NCBI RefSeq assembly: GCF_001194135.2
Contig: NC_068983.1
Coordinates: 39,659,810-39,694,941 of the forward strand
Source of the DNA: Octopus bimaculoides
Lineage: Eukaryota
Direction of reading: 5' to 3'
Length of the DNA stretch: 35,132 bases
Positions within the stretch are counted from its first letter, which is position 1, and each line of letters begins with the position of its first letter. This document shows positions 1 through 12,038 of the stretch, in pieces. The position numbers were made by a program, and so were the translations under genes. The notes beneath the pieces were generated by a model, which had not been told where the DNA came from, made no database searches, and was given only the letters and a program-made list of their open reading frames with translations.

Positions 1-27
1 ATATATATATATATATATATATATATA

Positions 28-835
28 CTAGCTGTTGGACCTGGTGTTGCTCGTGTTTTCCATGTTGAAGTTAAGTCCACCTCTGACCTTGTATTGAAAT
101 CTTCTACGTTCCCCGTATCAACTGTTATCCATTAAGATGTTATATCTGGTTCGGCAGGCTGTTGCAGGATGAGCAGATGTGTGGCAGGCGGAAGAAAAAT
201 GGTCAGAGCAGGCAACGGAGATTTGTTGGCGGAGCAGAGTTCTTGTAGCCGACGGCGAAGTGCTCAATGGTGCAGCGAAGTGAGGCTGAAGTAATAAATG
301 AAGACTTTAAGAACGTGTTTTGAGAAAATGAGTTCAAATTTGTAAAGAGGTACTTACAGTGGTGTCGTGAGGCGGCTAGCTCCGAAAATATCTTCATGGG
401 AGGATTGGAGTCTTGAGTGTATTTTTTTATCTTGTTTGATAAAATTCAGTCCTGTGACGCCTCTTGGTAGACATTTCTGTCTTTCCGTCTTGAGTGTAGG
501 TGAAAAGGTTTTGAGGATTGCCAACTCTTGAGCATCCTAGAAGGCAGGTTCAGTGAGGTTAAGTCTAACTACCTCCAATGACTGGCCTTGGGTTTTATTT
601 ATGCTCATGGCGAAACTGAATTTGACTGAGAATTGTAGCCGCTTGAACACCACAGTCGAGTCAGATGGAATCAGTGGAATTTTGGAGATGAAAACAGTAT
701 TGCCACTTGCCTTTCGTGTTAGAATTGTTACCTCAATGACTTTCGGCATCAACCTTTTGATGATTAGTCGCGTGCCATTGCAAAGTTTGGGCGGATACAA
801 GTTCACTAGTCTGTTTCGTTAACAAATAATTCTAT
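28..835 (-). mobile_element. Helitron 3' remnant (helicase C-terminus, 3' region and terminal CTAG)
   Basis: The minus strand ends ...CACGAGCAACACCAGGTCCAACAG-CTAG (28-31) followed by T of an (AT)n tract. This is the Helitron CTRR|T end with a decayed subterminal hairpin. A PIF1-type helicase remnant lies upstream in the same orientation. Confidence 0.85.
446..835 (-). pseudogene. Helitron Rep/Hel PIF1-like helicase C-terminal fragment, disrupted
   Basis: ORF 537-806 reads PPKLCNGTRL...IPLIPSD...FKRLQFSVKFSFAMSINKTQGQSL, matching the PIF1/Helitron motifs LCNGTRL and FAMTINKSQGQ. The expected SHGQLYVA is missing at a TAG (537-539). Homology resumes as GCSRVGNPQNLFTYTQDGKT, then a frameshifted (R)NVYQEA, and ends at TGA 446-448. 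Confidence 0.9.
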
Positions 836-954
836 AGGTAATTCTAGACCTGCAAGTATATGCAGTAAAATACATGCATAAAACAAAACATACAAGCACT
901 GACTGCACATATACTAACTCCAAATACTGCAGATATAGATACATGCAAAAATAC

Positions 955-1200
955 CGTGTTGATGAAGTCGAAATTCCATTGAAGGAGACTTGGGTCTAGG
1001 TTAGAATCTGAAAATAAAAGTGGATATTACTCTCTACTATAAGCACAGGGCTTGAAATTTGGTGGGAGGGGACTAGTCGATTACATCGACCCCAGTATTT
1101 CACTGGTACTTAATTTATCGACCCTGAAGGGATGAAAGGCGAAGTCAATCTCGGTGGAATTTGAACTCAGCAAACTGAATTATGACATACATACATATAA
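955..1200. repeat. Dispersed repeat fragment (Rep-F) interrupted by a SINE-A copy
   Basis: aattccattgaaggagacttgggtctaggttagaa...gaaaataaaa and aaactgaattatgacatacatac flank the SINE-A copy. I recall these as contiguous parts of one octopus repeat; not verified. Confidence 0.35.
1031..1170 (-). mobile_element. SINE-A copy, 5'-truncated
   Basis: Reverse complement of ctgagttcaaattcc...gactt(t/c)gcctttcatcc...gtcgataaattaagtaccagt...tcgac...cccctccc...aaatttcaagcc, which is shared with more than 10 other copies in the window. Confidence 0.9.
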
Positions 1201-1579
1201 GTATACATATTATTAACATTTTATTAACGTTGCAATTAACGATATGTAAATATCAAGTAAAGAGGGATAAATTTAATGAAACAAAAATTAACTACAAAAA
1301 TAATAGGGTTATCTAATTAAAAATTAAGAAATTAAAAACTAATAACTACAAACCGATATATTATCCACTACAGAGTAATAAATGTCCCAATTCAAAGTTA
1401 ATAATATGGTAATATCAAACGAAGATAAATATGAAAAGGAAAAGCAATATATATATATATATAAAGTTAAATAATGAGGGTAGAAATTAATATTAATTAA
1501 TTAATATCAATTTAAACCAGTCGCCTAGCATACTTAAAATAACCGAAGATTAAGAAAATTATATTATATTACATATATA

Positions 1580-2077
1580 AGAGGAATAAACACCCAGGTG
1601 GATTCTTAATATGCTAGAAGAAAACGCTAAATCGTCTTACCACGAAGAATGTGTTCTCAAGAAATTTCAGCAAACGTCAGAATGTTAAACGAGCATGACA
1701 AATGCAAAGATACAAAATTTGGCAATAAACTACATACCTAGGTTTCGCTTTTAATTGCAGACATTTGAAATATACCCTCAAATATAATTGTCAGAACTTT
1801 ATACACGTTCTCTTTCGGGAGGACGTCTTGTGTCTAGTTCTGTGAATAATGTTTTCCATGCGACGACTGCACTGAAGAACTGCAGACATTTACATTCGTA
1901 AACGTTAACAGCGAAATCTAGGTACGTTGTTTATCGACACATTTTGTATCTTTTCTTTTATCTTGCTCGTTTTACATTCTGGCGTTTGCTGAAAATTCTT
2001 GAGAACACATTGTTCGTGGTAAGACGATTTAGCGTCTTCTAGCATATTAAGAATCCATTTTGGTGGCTATTCCTCTG
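1580..2077. mobile_element. Foldback/MITE-like element with ~175-bp terminal inverted repeats, TA-flanked (Tc1/mariner-like ends)
   Basis: 1580-1754 is the reverse complement of 1905-2077, roughly 85% identical by eye, including long exact runs such as tggattcttaatatgctagaag and acgctaaatcgtcttaccacgaa. The right end is cctctg|TA and the left end lies after tata. Confidence 0.85.
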
Positions 2078-2081
2078 TATA

Positions 2082-2144
<63 letters not shown>

Positions 2145-2434
2145 ATATTGAAACCTAGCTATGACCGTAAAAAAATAACAAGGTAAAAATTTTTATTCTT
2201 CATTCCATTCGAAATTGCTCTTAAATGTGGTTTTGGTCGTATTGACTGCTTCTTCTAGCGTGTAAAGCTGCCTGTTGAAGACAGCTTCTCTTGTGTTTAA
2301 ACGTACACTATTTTATATTGAGAATATATTGTCTATTGACTTTTTATACATACTAGGCCACTAGTAGTGAAATTTCTAAAAAGAAAAAAACTCGCTACTC
2401 TATATATTTTATGTATGTACGTATATATAAATGT

Positions 2435-2685
2435 GTGGAGGCGCGTGGCTTAGTGGTTAGGGTGTTAGCACCATGATCGTAAGATTGTGGTTTCGATTCC
2501 TGGACCGCGCGACGTGTTGTGTTCTTGAGCAAAACACTTTATTTCACGTTGCTATAGTCCACTCAGCTGGCAAAAATGAGTAACGCTGCGATGGACTGGC
2601 GTCCCGTCCAGCCGGGGAACATATACGCAATTGAAACCGGGAAACCAGGCCCGTGAACCTAGCTAGGCTTTAAAAGGGCGCATTT
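2435..2685 (+). mobile_element. SINE-D: tRNA head, CORE-like central domain and distinct 3' tail
   Basis: A-box-like tggcttagtggtta and B-box-like ggtttcgattcc. The centre ttcttgagcaaaacacttt...cactcagctgg...aaaatgag resembles the CORE-SINE domain (recalled). The tail is ctgcgatggactggcgtcccgtccag...gaaaccggg. Confidence 0.75.
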
Positions 2686-2719
2686 ATAATTTTTATTTAT
2701 GTATATATATGTATGCATG

Positions 2720-2893
2720 TGTCAGTATGTGTTCGTCCCTTAACCATCGCTTGACAAGCGATGTTGGTGTGTTTACGTCCCTGTTAGAGGGTGGTTCGGC
2801 AAAGGAGACCAATAGAATGAGTACTAGGCTTAGAAAGAATAAGTCCTGGGGTCGATTTAAAATAACTGAAACAAGTAAAAGAATAAAAGAATA
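2720..2893 (+). mobile_element. SINE-B 3' half with internal deletion
   Basis: ccatcgcttgacaa...ggtgtgtttacgtccc...ggttcggcaaa...gagacc...aataagtcctggggtcgattt...actgaaacaagtaaaaga matches 16640-16817. Confidence 0.85.
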
Positions 2894-3206
2894 GGTATAT
2901 GTATATATATATGTGTGTGTGTGTGTGTTTATATGTGTGTGTGTGCGTGCGTGAGTGTATTTATGTGTAGATCACTCAACTATACATCGACAGCATGCAA
3001 TGTGTGTGTATTCACGGCAAATCGCAACAACAATAACAACAACAACGACTCTTGTCCTGTGGTAAGTATACTTATATATCTATGGATGTAGAACTACGTG
3101 TATGGGCATGACTGTATGTATATGTATATATGTGTGTGTATATATATATATATATTCATGATTTTATATGTATATGCTTGTGTTTAGGCCTGTTTATATA
3201 AATATA

Positions 3207-3253
<47 letters not shown>

Positions 3254-3612
3254 GTATATGTATATGTATATATATATATATAAAAACAAAAGTAAATGAG
3301 TATATGCATATATACGTACAGGTATGTGCATACCGACATCCACCTGTATGTATAGGTGCATATCTGGGTACAGGACATTGCAAACAAACGTAGACGAGAA
3401 CACACGAGCCACATAGAGAACATTCTACTTCATCAGCTACCCACGTTTTAACACCGGCGTTTCGACGAACTTCGGGCAGGACGCAACGTTAAAACGGCTC
3501 GTCCCATGGATCACAGATTAAATCTGTATACGCAAATTAAATCTAGCCATGGAGGAATGTAGTGGCGGACGAAAAACAAGACAGGAAAACAAACAGAAGG
3601 CTTTACGGCCAG

Positions 3613-3645
<33 letters not shown>

Positions 3646-3974
3646 TTTCAATGTTTGTTGATGCACCTGCTACGAAATGAGTATTGTAAACAGCGCTACA
3701 CTGTGTCTGTATCAATGAGGATCAGCTAGTGATCACAATGAGAGGTAGTGATCAGTGAGTGGTGGGGAATAGGTATATATATATATATATATATATATGT
3801 GTTTGTGTGTTTGTATGTATGTATGTGCGTGTGTAACAGTGTGGTGTAGATGTACGTGTATGTATCTACGTGCATTTATTTTCTATAAACATAAGATTCT
3901 ATGGAAATATTTTCTCATGCATTGTCAGTCGAAGCACAAAGGGAACAATAAGACATGCATTAACAGAAATGCTC

Positions 3975-4001
3975 ACATACACACATAACCATATGTTCAT
4001 G

Positions 4002-4036
<35 letters not shown>

Positions 4037-4068
4037 ATACATTTATATATGTATATGTATATATATAT

Positions 4069-4141
<73 letters not shown>

Positions 4142-4210
4142 TATATATATATGTATGTATATATATATATGTATGCATATATGTTTGTATGTATATATAT
4201 TTATATACAT

Positions 4211-4277
<67 letters not shown>

Positions 4278-4338
4278 TCTTGATACATAGATATATATAC
4301 CTATATATAGGTGTATATATGTATAATTATATACACAA
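3975..4338. repeat. Compound (AT)n/(GT)n/(AC)n microsatellite running into a gap
   Basis: Direct inspection. Similar compound tracts occur at 1-27, 2078-2146, 2896-2960, 3115-3290, 5068-5340, 5790-5918, 6164-6230 and 6360-6640. Confidence 0.95.
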
Positions 4339-5067
4339 NNNNNNNNNNNNNNNNNNNNNNNNNNNNNNNNNNNNNNNNNNNNNNNNNNNNNNNNNNNNNN
4401 NNNNNNNNNNNNNNNNNNNNNNNNNNNNNNNNNNNNNNNNNNNNNNNNNNNNNNNNNNNNNNNNNNNNNNNNNNNNNNNNNNNNNNNNNNNNNNNNNNNN
4501 NNNNNNNNNNNNNNNNNNNNNNNNNNNNNNNNNNNNNNNNNNNNNNNNNNNNNNNNNNNNNNNNNNNNNNNNNNNNNNNNNNNNNNNNNNNNNNNNNNNN
4601 NNNNNNNNNNNNNNNNNNNNNNNNNNNNNNNNNNNNNNNNNNNNNNNNNNNNNNNNNNNNNNNNNNNNNNNNNNNNNNNNNNNNNNNNNNNNNNNNNNNN
4701 NNNNNNNNNNNNNNNNNNNNNNNNNNNNNNNNNNNNNNNNNNNNNNNNNNNNNNNNNNNNNNNNNNNNNNNNNNNNNNNNNNNNNNNNNNNNNNNNNNNN
4801 NNNNNNNNNNNNNNNNNNNNNNNNNNNNNNNNNNNNNNNNNNNNNNNNNNNNNNNNNNNNNNNNNNNNNNNNNNNNNNNNNNNNNNNNNNNNNNNNNNNN
4901 NNNNNNNNNNNNNNNNNNNNNNNNNNNNNNNNNNNNNNNNNNNNNNNNNNNNNNNNNNNNNNNNNNNNNNNNNNNNNNNNNNNNNNNNNNNNNNNNNNNN
5001 NNNNNNNNNNNNNNNNNNNNNNNNNNNNNNNNNNNNNNNNNNNNNNNNNNNNNNNNNNNNNNNNNNN

Positions 5068-5101
<34 letters not shown>

Positions 5102-5887
5102 TCATACATATATTCATACATACATACGTCTGTGTGTGTGTGTAAGTATGGTTGTGTGTGTATACACGCGCGGATATGTGTATATTTATATAATTATATA
5201 AGTGTACAATTACACACATAATTCTATGCGGACATACATATATGTAGAAAAACACAGTACTCCTTTCCCCCTTCACACCCCCCTCTCTATCTCTCTCTCT
5301 CTCTTTCCCTCTGTACATATATATATGTACGCACATACTGTGTTTACATCTGTATATATAACTATCAACATACAGACGTACATATATTGACATAGTTATA
5401 AAAAGCATAAACGACAACAGAAAATATGACAAATAAATCACCAAATAGAATCTATTTCACAATGTACAATGTTATTTCTATATCCACTCACTATGGTATA
5501 ATGCTATAGTGATGTCTATTATCAGAGATATTACACACCCATCATAACGTAACAATACACCGCAGTAAATTCAACTTAAATCTTTATTTCTATAGACAGA
5601 CAACGATGAAAGAATATAACTTATAATATGATATACGAAGAATATAATATAAAAACACTTTTTTGTGAAAATAAAGAAAATGTAAGGATAATTCATAAAA
5701 ATTAATAAAAATTATTGTTGTTGTTAGTTAACAATGTAAGCTTTATGCGATAATGCCAACATTTAAAGGAGAAAGAAATAACATATAGTGACGTGTATGC
5801 ATGTATATCTATACGTACCTATGTGTGTGTGTGTGTATTTCTGTTTGCATGTGCGTGCTTGCACGTGTGTGTGTGTGTAAGAGTATG

Positions 5888-5918
<31 letters not shown>

Positions 5919-6544
5919 NNNNNNNNNNNNNNNNNNNNNNNNNNNNNNNNNNNNNNNNNNNNNNNNNNNNNNNNNNNNNNNNNNNNNNNNNNNNNNNNNN
6001 NNNNNNNNNNNNNNNNNNNNNNNNNNNNNNNNNNNNNNNNNNNNNNNNNNNNNNNNNNNNNNNNNNNNNNNNNNNNNNNNNNNNNNNNNNNNNNNNNNNN
6101 NNNNNNNNNNNNNNNNNNNNNNNNNNNNNNNNNNNNNNNNNNNNNNNNNNNNNNNNNNNNNNNATATATACACATATATATACATGCATACATATATATA
6201 TAAATACATATAAATGCATAAGTACATGTTAATGTTTACATATTTATATTGACGCCTGTAAATAAACTTAAAACATGTATACGCAAAAATACACAGACGC
6301 CTGTGTTTTATTTATGTCACTATGGTATTTGTGTACATACATCATCTAAAATCTTTACAACACACACATACACACACACACACACAAATTCACACACATA
6401 CACACACATACTTACATATACTTATGTATATATTTATACTTACACGTGTAAATATATGTATAAATACATAAACGAATATATATATATATATATATGTAGA
6501 TAGATAGATAGATAGATATATGTGTTTATACATATATATATATA

Positions 6545-6613
<69 letters not shown>

Positions 6614-6904
6614 GTGTGTGTGAGTGTATGTTTGTGTGTATTGATGTATACATAATGTCAATTTTTACAATATCAGTAAATCGATCAGCTTATTGTTGTC
6701 GTTAAACATATGCTTATAAAATTATTCCTCCGTCATCACCACCAGCATTCCTTTACAGTCTCTCACAGACATTTTCACTTTCAATGTTTTCATAGTGTAT
6801 ATTACAAATAAATTTATTAACATTAACAAAACATAGCAAAATTGTATTACTACTGCTTCTACTCCTAATTCTACTACAACTGCATCTACTAGGAAAAAAT
6901 AATA

Positions 6905-7093
6905 ATGGCTTCAAATTTTGATGCAAGGGGATAAGTTAATTACATCGACTCCAGTACTCATCTGGTACTTTATTTATCTCACGCCGAAAGAATGAAAGGC
7001 AAAGTCCACCTGGACGAATTCGAACTCAGGACGTGAAGGACATAATGTCGCCAAGCATTGTGCCCGGCGTGCTGACGGTTCTGCCACAAGCGC
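6905..7093 (-). mobile_element. SINE-A copy, diverged, near full length
   Basis: The minus strand reads tggcagaaccgtcagcacgccgggcacaatgcttggcg...ctgagttcgaattc...ggactttgcctttcattctttcggcg...aaataaagtaccag. Confidence 0.85.
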
Positions 7094-7900
7094 CCGAGAC
7101 ATGGAGGACAATATCGGAGGACGAGTGACGGCACAAAAAAAGTTGCAAAATCATGTGTGGTTAACATCGACAAAGGGGAGACACTATCACATTAAAGGAT
7201 ATAACAGAGGATATATAATAGAGGGTAGAGAAATAAATAATAAATAAATAAAGAGAATCCCCAATGATAGGGCAGTCTACACAAAAATCCAGGATCACTC
7301 AGCCATCTCCAAGGCATGGGAAAGTGTTCCCTTCCAGTTTCTTTCGTCCTGCTTAGAAAAGCATATTCAGAGTAGATCCATTCAGTCTCACCAGCCTTGC
7401 CATCGTCGACTACCTTTTCATAAACACACTAGAAGGCAGCACCTTCCTCTCTACCATCAAATTGATGAGGACTTGACTAGATAGGAATATGCCTGTCTTC
7501 AAACCTTTCCGATGGATCCACCACACGGCCATTTTGTCACAGCCACTAAGCAAAGAAAGATCTGCCTTCCTTCTCTGTTAAGGGAAGGTGGTACGTCGAT
7601 CTTCACTCTATACTCGGCAGACAGCTGAATTCGTCTTACACGTGACAAAGGCTGAATCACACAATCCCACAACTCTCGAATGTACGGACACCGAATTATT
7701 ACATGCAGGATGGTCTCCCCCCCACCCACCAGCAAGCATCTCGGGCAGGTTCGGCTGTTGGCACTTCCATGTCTGAAGAGCTTGTCCGAACGGGCAATGC
7801 TCCTCTGTAGCACCGCCAAGCCAAAAACTTTTAGAAATTCTCCATGATCTTCGACCCGAAGTCACGGGTAAGCATTTTGGCTGGTGCGCTCGTGAATAAC
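7094..7900 (-). mobile_element. Non-LTR retrotransposon (L1/Tx1-like) 3' fragment: ORF2 C-terminus and ~260-bp 3' UTR
   Basis: A decayed zinc-knuckle-bearing ORF2 end is followed by a pyrimidine/T-rich 3' UTR. Confidence 0.8.
7353..7890 (-). pseudogene. L1/Tx1 ORF2 C-terminal CCHC (zf-RVT-like) remnant
   Basis: Stitched across frameshifts it reads FGSKIMENF*KFLAWRCYRGALPVR/DKLFRHGSANSRTCPRCLLVGGGETILHVIIRCPYIRELW...FLCLVAVTK/AVWWIHRKGLK...MVERKVLP...KR*STMARLVRLNG...LF*. It carries the CxxC...ET..H....C..LW motif. In-frame stops lie at 7831-7833 and 7410-7412, and the terminal TAA at 7353-7355. Confidence 0.85.
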
Positions 7901-7974
7901 GATTATAAACAATAACTGATCTTTCATTAAGACCAGAATTGCGATCACTCAGGAGTTGGTTAAAAAAAATGTAT

Positions 7975-8276
<302 letters not shown>

Positions 8277-8330
8277 AAGCCTGTATTAAAAAAAAAAACT
8301 TTTTCTTCGTAAAGAAGTTTTATTTTGTAG

Positions 8331-8420
8331 GGATATGCTATACAAGCGGGCAAAAGTTTTGCGCCATTATCGATTAATGATTCTGAATATCATTCACGTG
8401 TTTATGTATTAATGTTCTTG
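8331..8420 (+). CDS. Candidate 90-nt internal coding exon, phase 0/0 (GYAIQAGKSFAPLSINDSEYHSRVYVLMFL); product unknown
   Basis: Acceptor gttttattttgtag|G, donor TTG|gtaggt, length divisible by 3, open frame, non-repetitive sequence. No recognised homology. Confidence 0.25.
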
Positions 8421-8502
8421 GTAGGTTTGTTTTGCCATTTTAGTACTGTTCACTTCCGAAAGTCCGGTTGCCTCAATGGAGACTTCATTCTTTTCAATAT
8501 AG

Positions 8503-8532
8503 GAAAGCCAGTCTAGTATTATTTACCTTAAG
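8503..8532 (+). CDS. Candidate 30-nt exon, phase 0/0 (ESQSSIIYLK)
   Basis: Acceptor cattcttttcaatatag|G and donor AAG|gtaatt. It would be in frame with 8331-8420 across an 82-nt intron. Confidence 0.18.
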
Positions 8533-10189
8533 GTAATTAATAGATCATAGCCTAAATTAATCAGCATCAGGCAAGTAGGGGTCCATATAAATAAATATAC
8601 GTATAATGGACACGATAAACTAAAGAGTAACAAGATTAAATAGACCTGTGATGGGGATATAATAGAAAGGATAAATTAAGGATAATATGATGAAATACTA
8701 AATGGACATTACTGAGAAAATATAATACCTATAAATCGAGTGTCTATACATACGATGTGAGCTCACCTTATTCATTAACATTAATAATTAAAATAATTTA
8801 CACAAGTAACAATCGTACAAATAAATAATTAATAAATAATAAATATATCATTTGATATAAAAAACAGCAGCATAAGACCAATATAGATATATACCAAAAT
8901 TAATATATTAATAAAAAATATGAATAATCAGGACGCATCGGGACACAGTGGGGGGTTGACATATTGAATAGGATGGGATTCGTAGTGTCAAAATTGAAGA
9001 CCTTGACCGCCCTGGTGAAGAAAACGATTAATATGTTTATCAAATAAACCAATAAGCGTGGAATAGTAACATGAGCTAGTTTTTCGTCAGCAAATTCTTC
9101 CCTTGACCAGTAGGGTTAAAAAGTCAGTTTTGAACTATTTTTAGAACAACATCCAACATACAGTTAAATAAAAGAACTAAAAGTTTACCATTCAGTCAGA
9201 ATAAATTCTCCATCGAGGGAAGTGAAAAAAAAATAGCAGTCAAATATGTCCAGAGGAGGCCTGTGTTTTATAACATCATAATTCACTTTAAAGTGCAAAT
9301 ATGGACAATATCAATTGGCCGAAACATAATGTAGGCCAAAACAAATGGAAGAACTTATTAATTGACTGATCTACAACGGGCTTGTCCGACTCAGAACATT
9401 TCCGGTTACTTTTTTCTACCCCCTCGTACATATATAAGTTTAACTTTAAAATCTTTCAAATTACGATACAAAAATCACACTCACACAGAAATACGAGTTG
9501 GAGAAATGAAATTTCAACCATAAAATTCATTCGTGTCCAAGAATAATGATAATAACTACAACCTCCAATTTAAAGCTGTCATGTACAGCTTTAAAGTAAT
9601 AAGCATCTTAGTGCTATGTCTGCGCTTTGGAAATGTATAACCATTCGCTTTGCTAAAAGTAAAATACCATATAAATGTAGCAGAAAGACTTCCTTCTGTT
9701 ACCACAGCTCCTAAAATTCTCATCTGTACTTTAAGATCAGAAATATGATGATCAGATAAGAGAACATATGCATTGGCTTAAAATATCTGATGTGCTAACT
9801 TTTTCTTCGAGGCATTAATTTCACTCGAAATATTTATGATATTGCTATACGACTTTCCAGATGCATATTTTTATATTGCACCTTTATGATTATAAATCTT
9901 TATATTCTCTTTCAAATATTTCGATATTTCAACATTTTAATTTTTTTACATTACTTCCTTGCTGGACTCTTACCTACTGTAGTCCGGATAAAACATTAGT
10001 CCGTCACACATTCTTTGGCACATAGTTTGTATTTATAACAGATTCACTTTCAAACAAAGCCTAAGTTTTTGTTTACTTCCTCAATACAAGGTATCACTTC
10101 TCATTTCATTAATAATTGTTTTCCTGTTAGAAATTATCAGTACTTTACTAAATTATTAGTGGCTTTGTGTTTAAGAAGCTCGATTCATA

Positions 10190-10505
10190 TAATCTCAGGG
10201 TCAGTCACACTTCGAGGAACCTTGGACATGTGCTTTCTACTATAGCCGACCAACACTTTGTGAATGAATTTGATAGACAGAAACTGTGTGGAGGCCCGTC
10301 GTATATATGCGCATGTCTTTGCGACAGTGTTTCATCTCCACAGCTTGGCAACACGTGTTGTTCCCGTAAATCAGTGGTTAGGCAAAAGAGACCTTTAGAA
10401 TAAGTACTAAGCCTAAAGAATATACTGGAGCCGTTAGTTCGACTTAAACCTTCAAAGCGACGCTCCTGCATGGCCTTAGTCCCATGGCGGAAACGAGTAA
10501 AAGTA
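10190..10505 (+). mobile_element. SINE-B copy, old and diverged
   Basis: Degenerate match to both halves: ccttggacatgtgctttctactatagccgacc...gaaact...ggcccgtcgtatata and ggcaaaagagacc...gaataagtactaagc...gcatggcc...gaaacgagtaaaag. Confidence 0.75.
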
Positions 10506-12038
10506 AACGGTAAAATATTAAAAGACCTTCTGTCGATATTACTCATTTTTTTCACGGGGAATTACTTTTACTTCACCGGTTTATTTGGATATTTAGTTAT
10601 AGACTTGACACGTTCATTCTGCATGTTTAAGCACATCTCAAATGTGTTTTAGCTATTTGTTTCCTCATTTACAGCTTTACTTATAATCCATTCTAACACC
10701 TTTCTTATATTTTATCCTATTTTAATCGTGTACACAAATCCCAGTGACAGCAAAAACTTTATCTATATTCGATAAATAAAATTTTTCATTNNNNNNNNNN
10801 NNNNNNNNNNNNNNNNNNNNNNNNNNNNNNNNNNNNNNNNNNNNNNNNNNNNNNNNNNNNNNNNNNNNNNNNNNNNNNNNNNNNNNNNNNNNNNNNNNNN
10901 NNNNNNNNNNNNNNNNNNNNNNNNNNNNNNNNNNNNNNNNNNNNNNNNNNNNNNNNNNNNNNNNNNNNNNNNNNNNNNNNNNNNNNNNNNNNNNNNNNNN
11001 NNNNNNNNNNNNNNNNNNNNNNNNNNNNNNNNNNNNNNNNNNNNNNNNNNNNNNNNNNNNNNNNNNNNNNNNNNNNNNNNNNNNNNNNNNNNNNNNNNNN
11101 NNNNNNNNNNNNNNNNNNNNNNNNNNNNNNNNNNNNNNNNNNNNNNNNNNNNNNNNNNNNNNNNNNNNNNNNNNNNNNNNNNNNNNNNNNNNNNNNNNNN
11201 NNNNNNNNNNNNNNNNNNNNNNNNNNNNNNNNNNNNNNNNNNNNNNNNNNNNNNNNNNNNNNNNNNNNNNNNNNNNNNNNNNNNNNNNNNNNNNNNNNNN
11301 NNNNNNNNNNNNNNNNNNNNNNNNNNNNNNNNNNNNNNNNNNNNNNNNNNNNNNNNNNNNNNNNNNNNNNNNNNNNNNNNNNNNNNNNNNNNNNNNNNNN
11401 NNNNNNNNNNNNNNNNNNNNNNNNNNNNNNNNNNNNNNNNNNNNNNNNNNNNNNNNNNNNNNNNNNNNNNNNNNNNNNNNNNNNNNNNNNNNNNNNNNNN
11501 NNNNNNNNNNNNNNNNNNNNNNNNNNNNNNNNNNNNNNNNNNNNNNNNNNNNNNNNNNNNNNNNNNNNNNNNNNNNNNNNNNNNNNNNNNNNNNNNNNNN
11601 NNNNNNNNNNNNNNNNNNNNNNNNNNNNNNNNNNNNNNNNNNNNNNNNNNNNNNNNNNNNNNNNNNNNNNNNNNNNNNNNNNNNNNNNNNNNNNNNNNNN
11701 NNNNNNNNNNNNNNNNNNNNNNNNNNNNNNNNNNNNNNNNNNNNNNNNNNNNNNNNNNNNNNCTAAAACAAGAAATATATATATATACTTTTCTATATCT
11801 ATTTCCAAATAAACTAGCTTTATTTTAAAACAATTTTGTTTATATTTTTATCATTAAACTTTCATTATCCCACATCTTTGCCCCGCTTTATGCTCTATAT
11901 GATGTTCCTTAGATTTTTGGAAACCAGTTGAATTTATTAACTTTATTTTAGTTCAAATGTTTTTTAATATCTTCCCGCCACCAGTTTATTATTTAATTTG
12001 TACTTTTCATCATTCATCTTTTCGTTCATTCATTTTAT

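Noticed and set aside
203-397. 64-aa ORF inside the Helitron 3' region
   Set aside because: It has no recognisable motif in any frame and its length is compatible with chance.
955-1007. Apparent 53-nt minus-strand exon (DSNLDPSLLQWNFDFINT) with a good acceptor
   Set aside because: It lies within what I recall as a dispersed repeat (Rep-F) that resumes after the nested SINE, so the splice signals are probably coincidental.
3425-3500. Minus-strand GAAAC and CTGATGA resembling a type II hammerhead, plus a 9-bp inverted repeat (cgttttaac/gttaaaacg)
   Set aside because: There is no stem I hairpin and no G10.1-C11.1 pair, so the fold cannot be completed.
8930-9050. Short open frames on both strands (GRIGTQWGVDILNRMGF...; FTRAVKVFN, CR1/L2-like)
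   Set aside because: The similarity is too short to call either an exon or a LINE remnant.
9569-9595. 11-bp hairpin tttaaagctgt/acagctttaaa, and a 9-bp hairpin at 25062-25085
   Set aside because: Both are too short and AT-rich for a pre-miRNA and are expected by chance at this composition.
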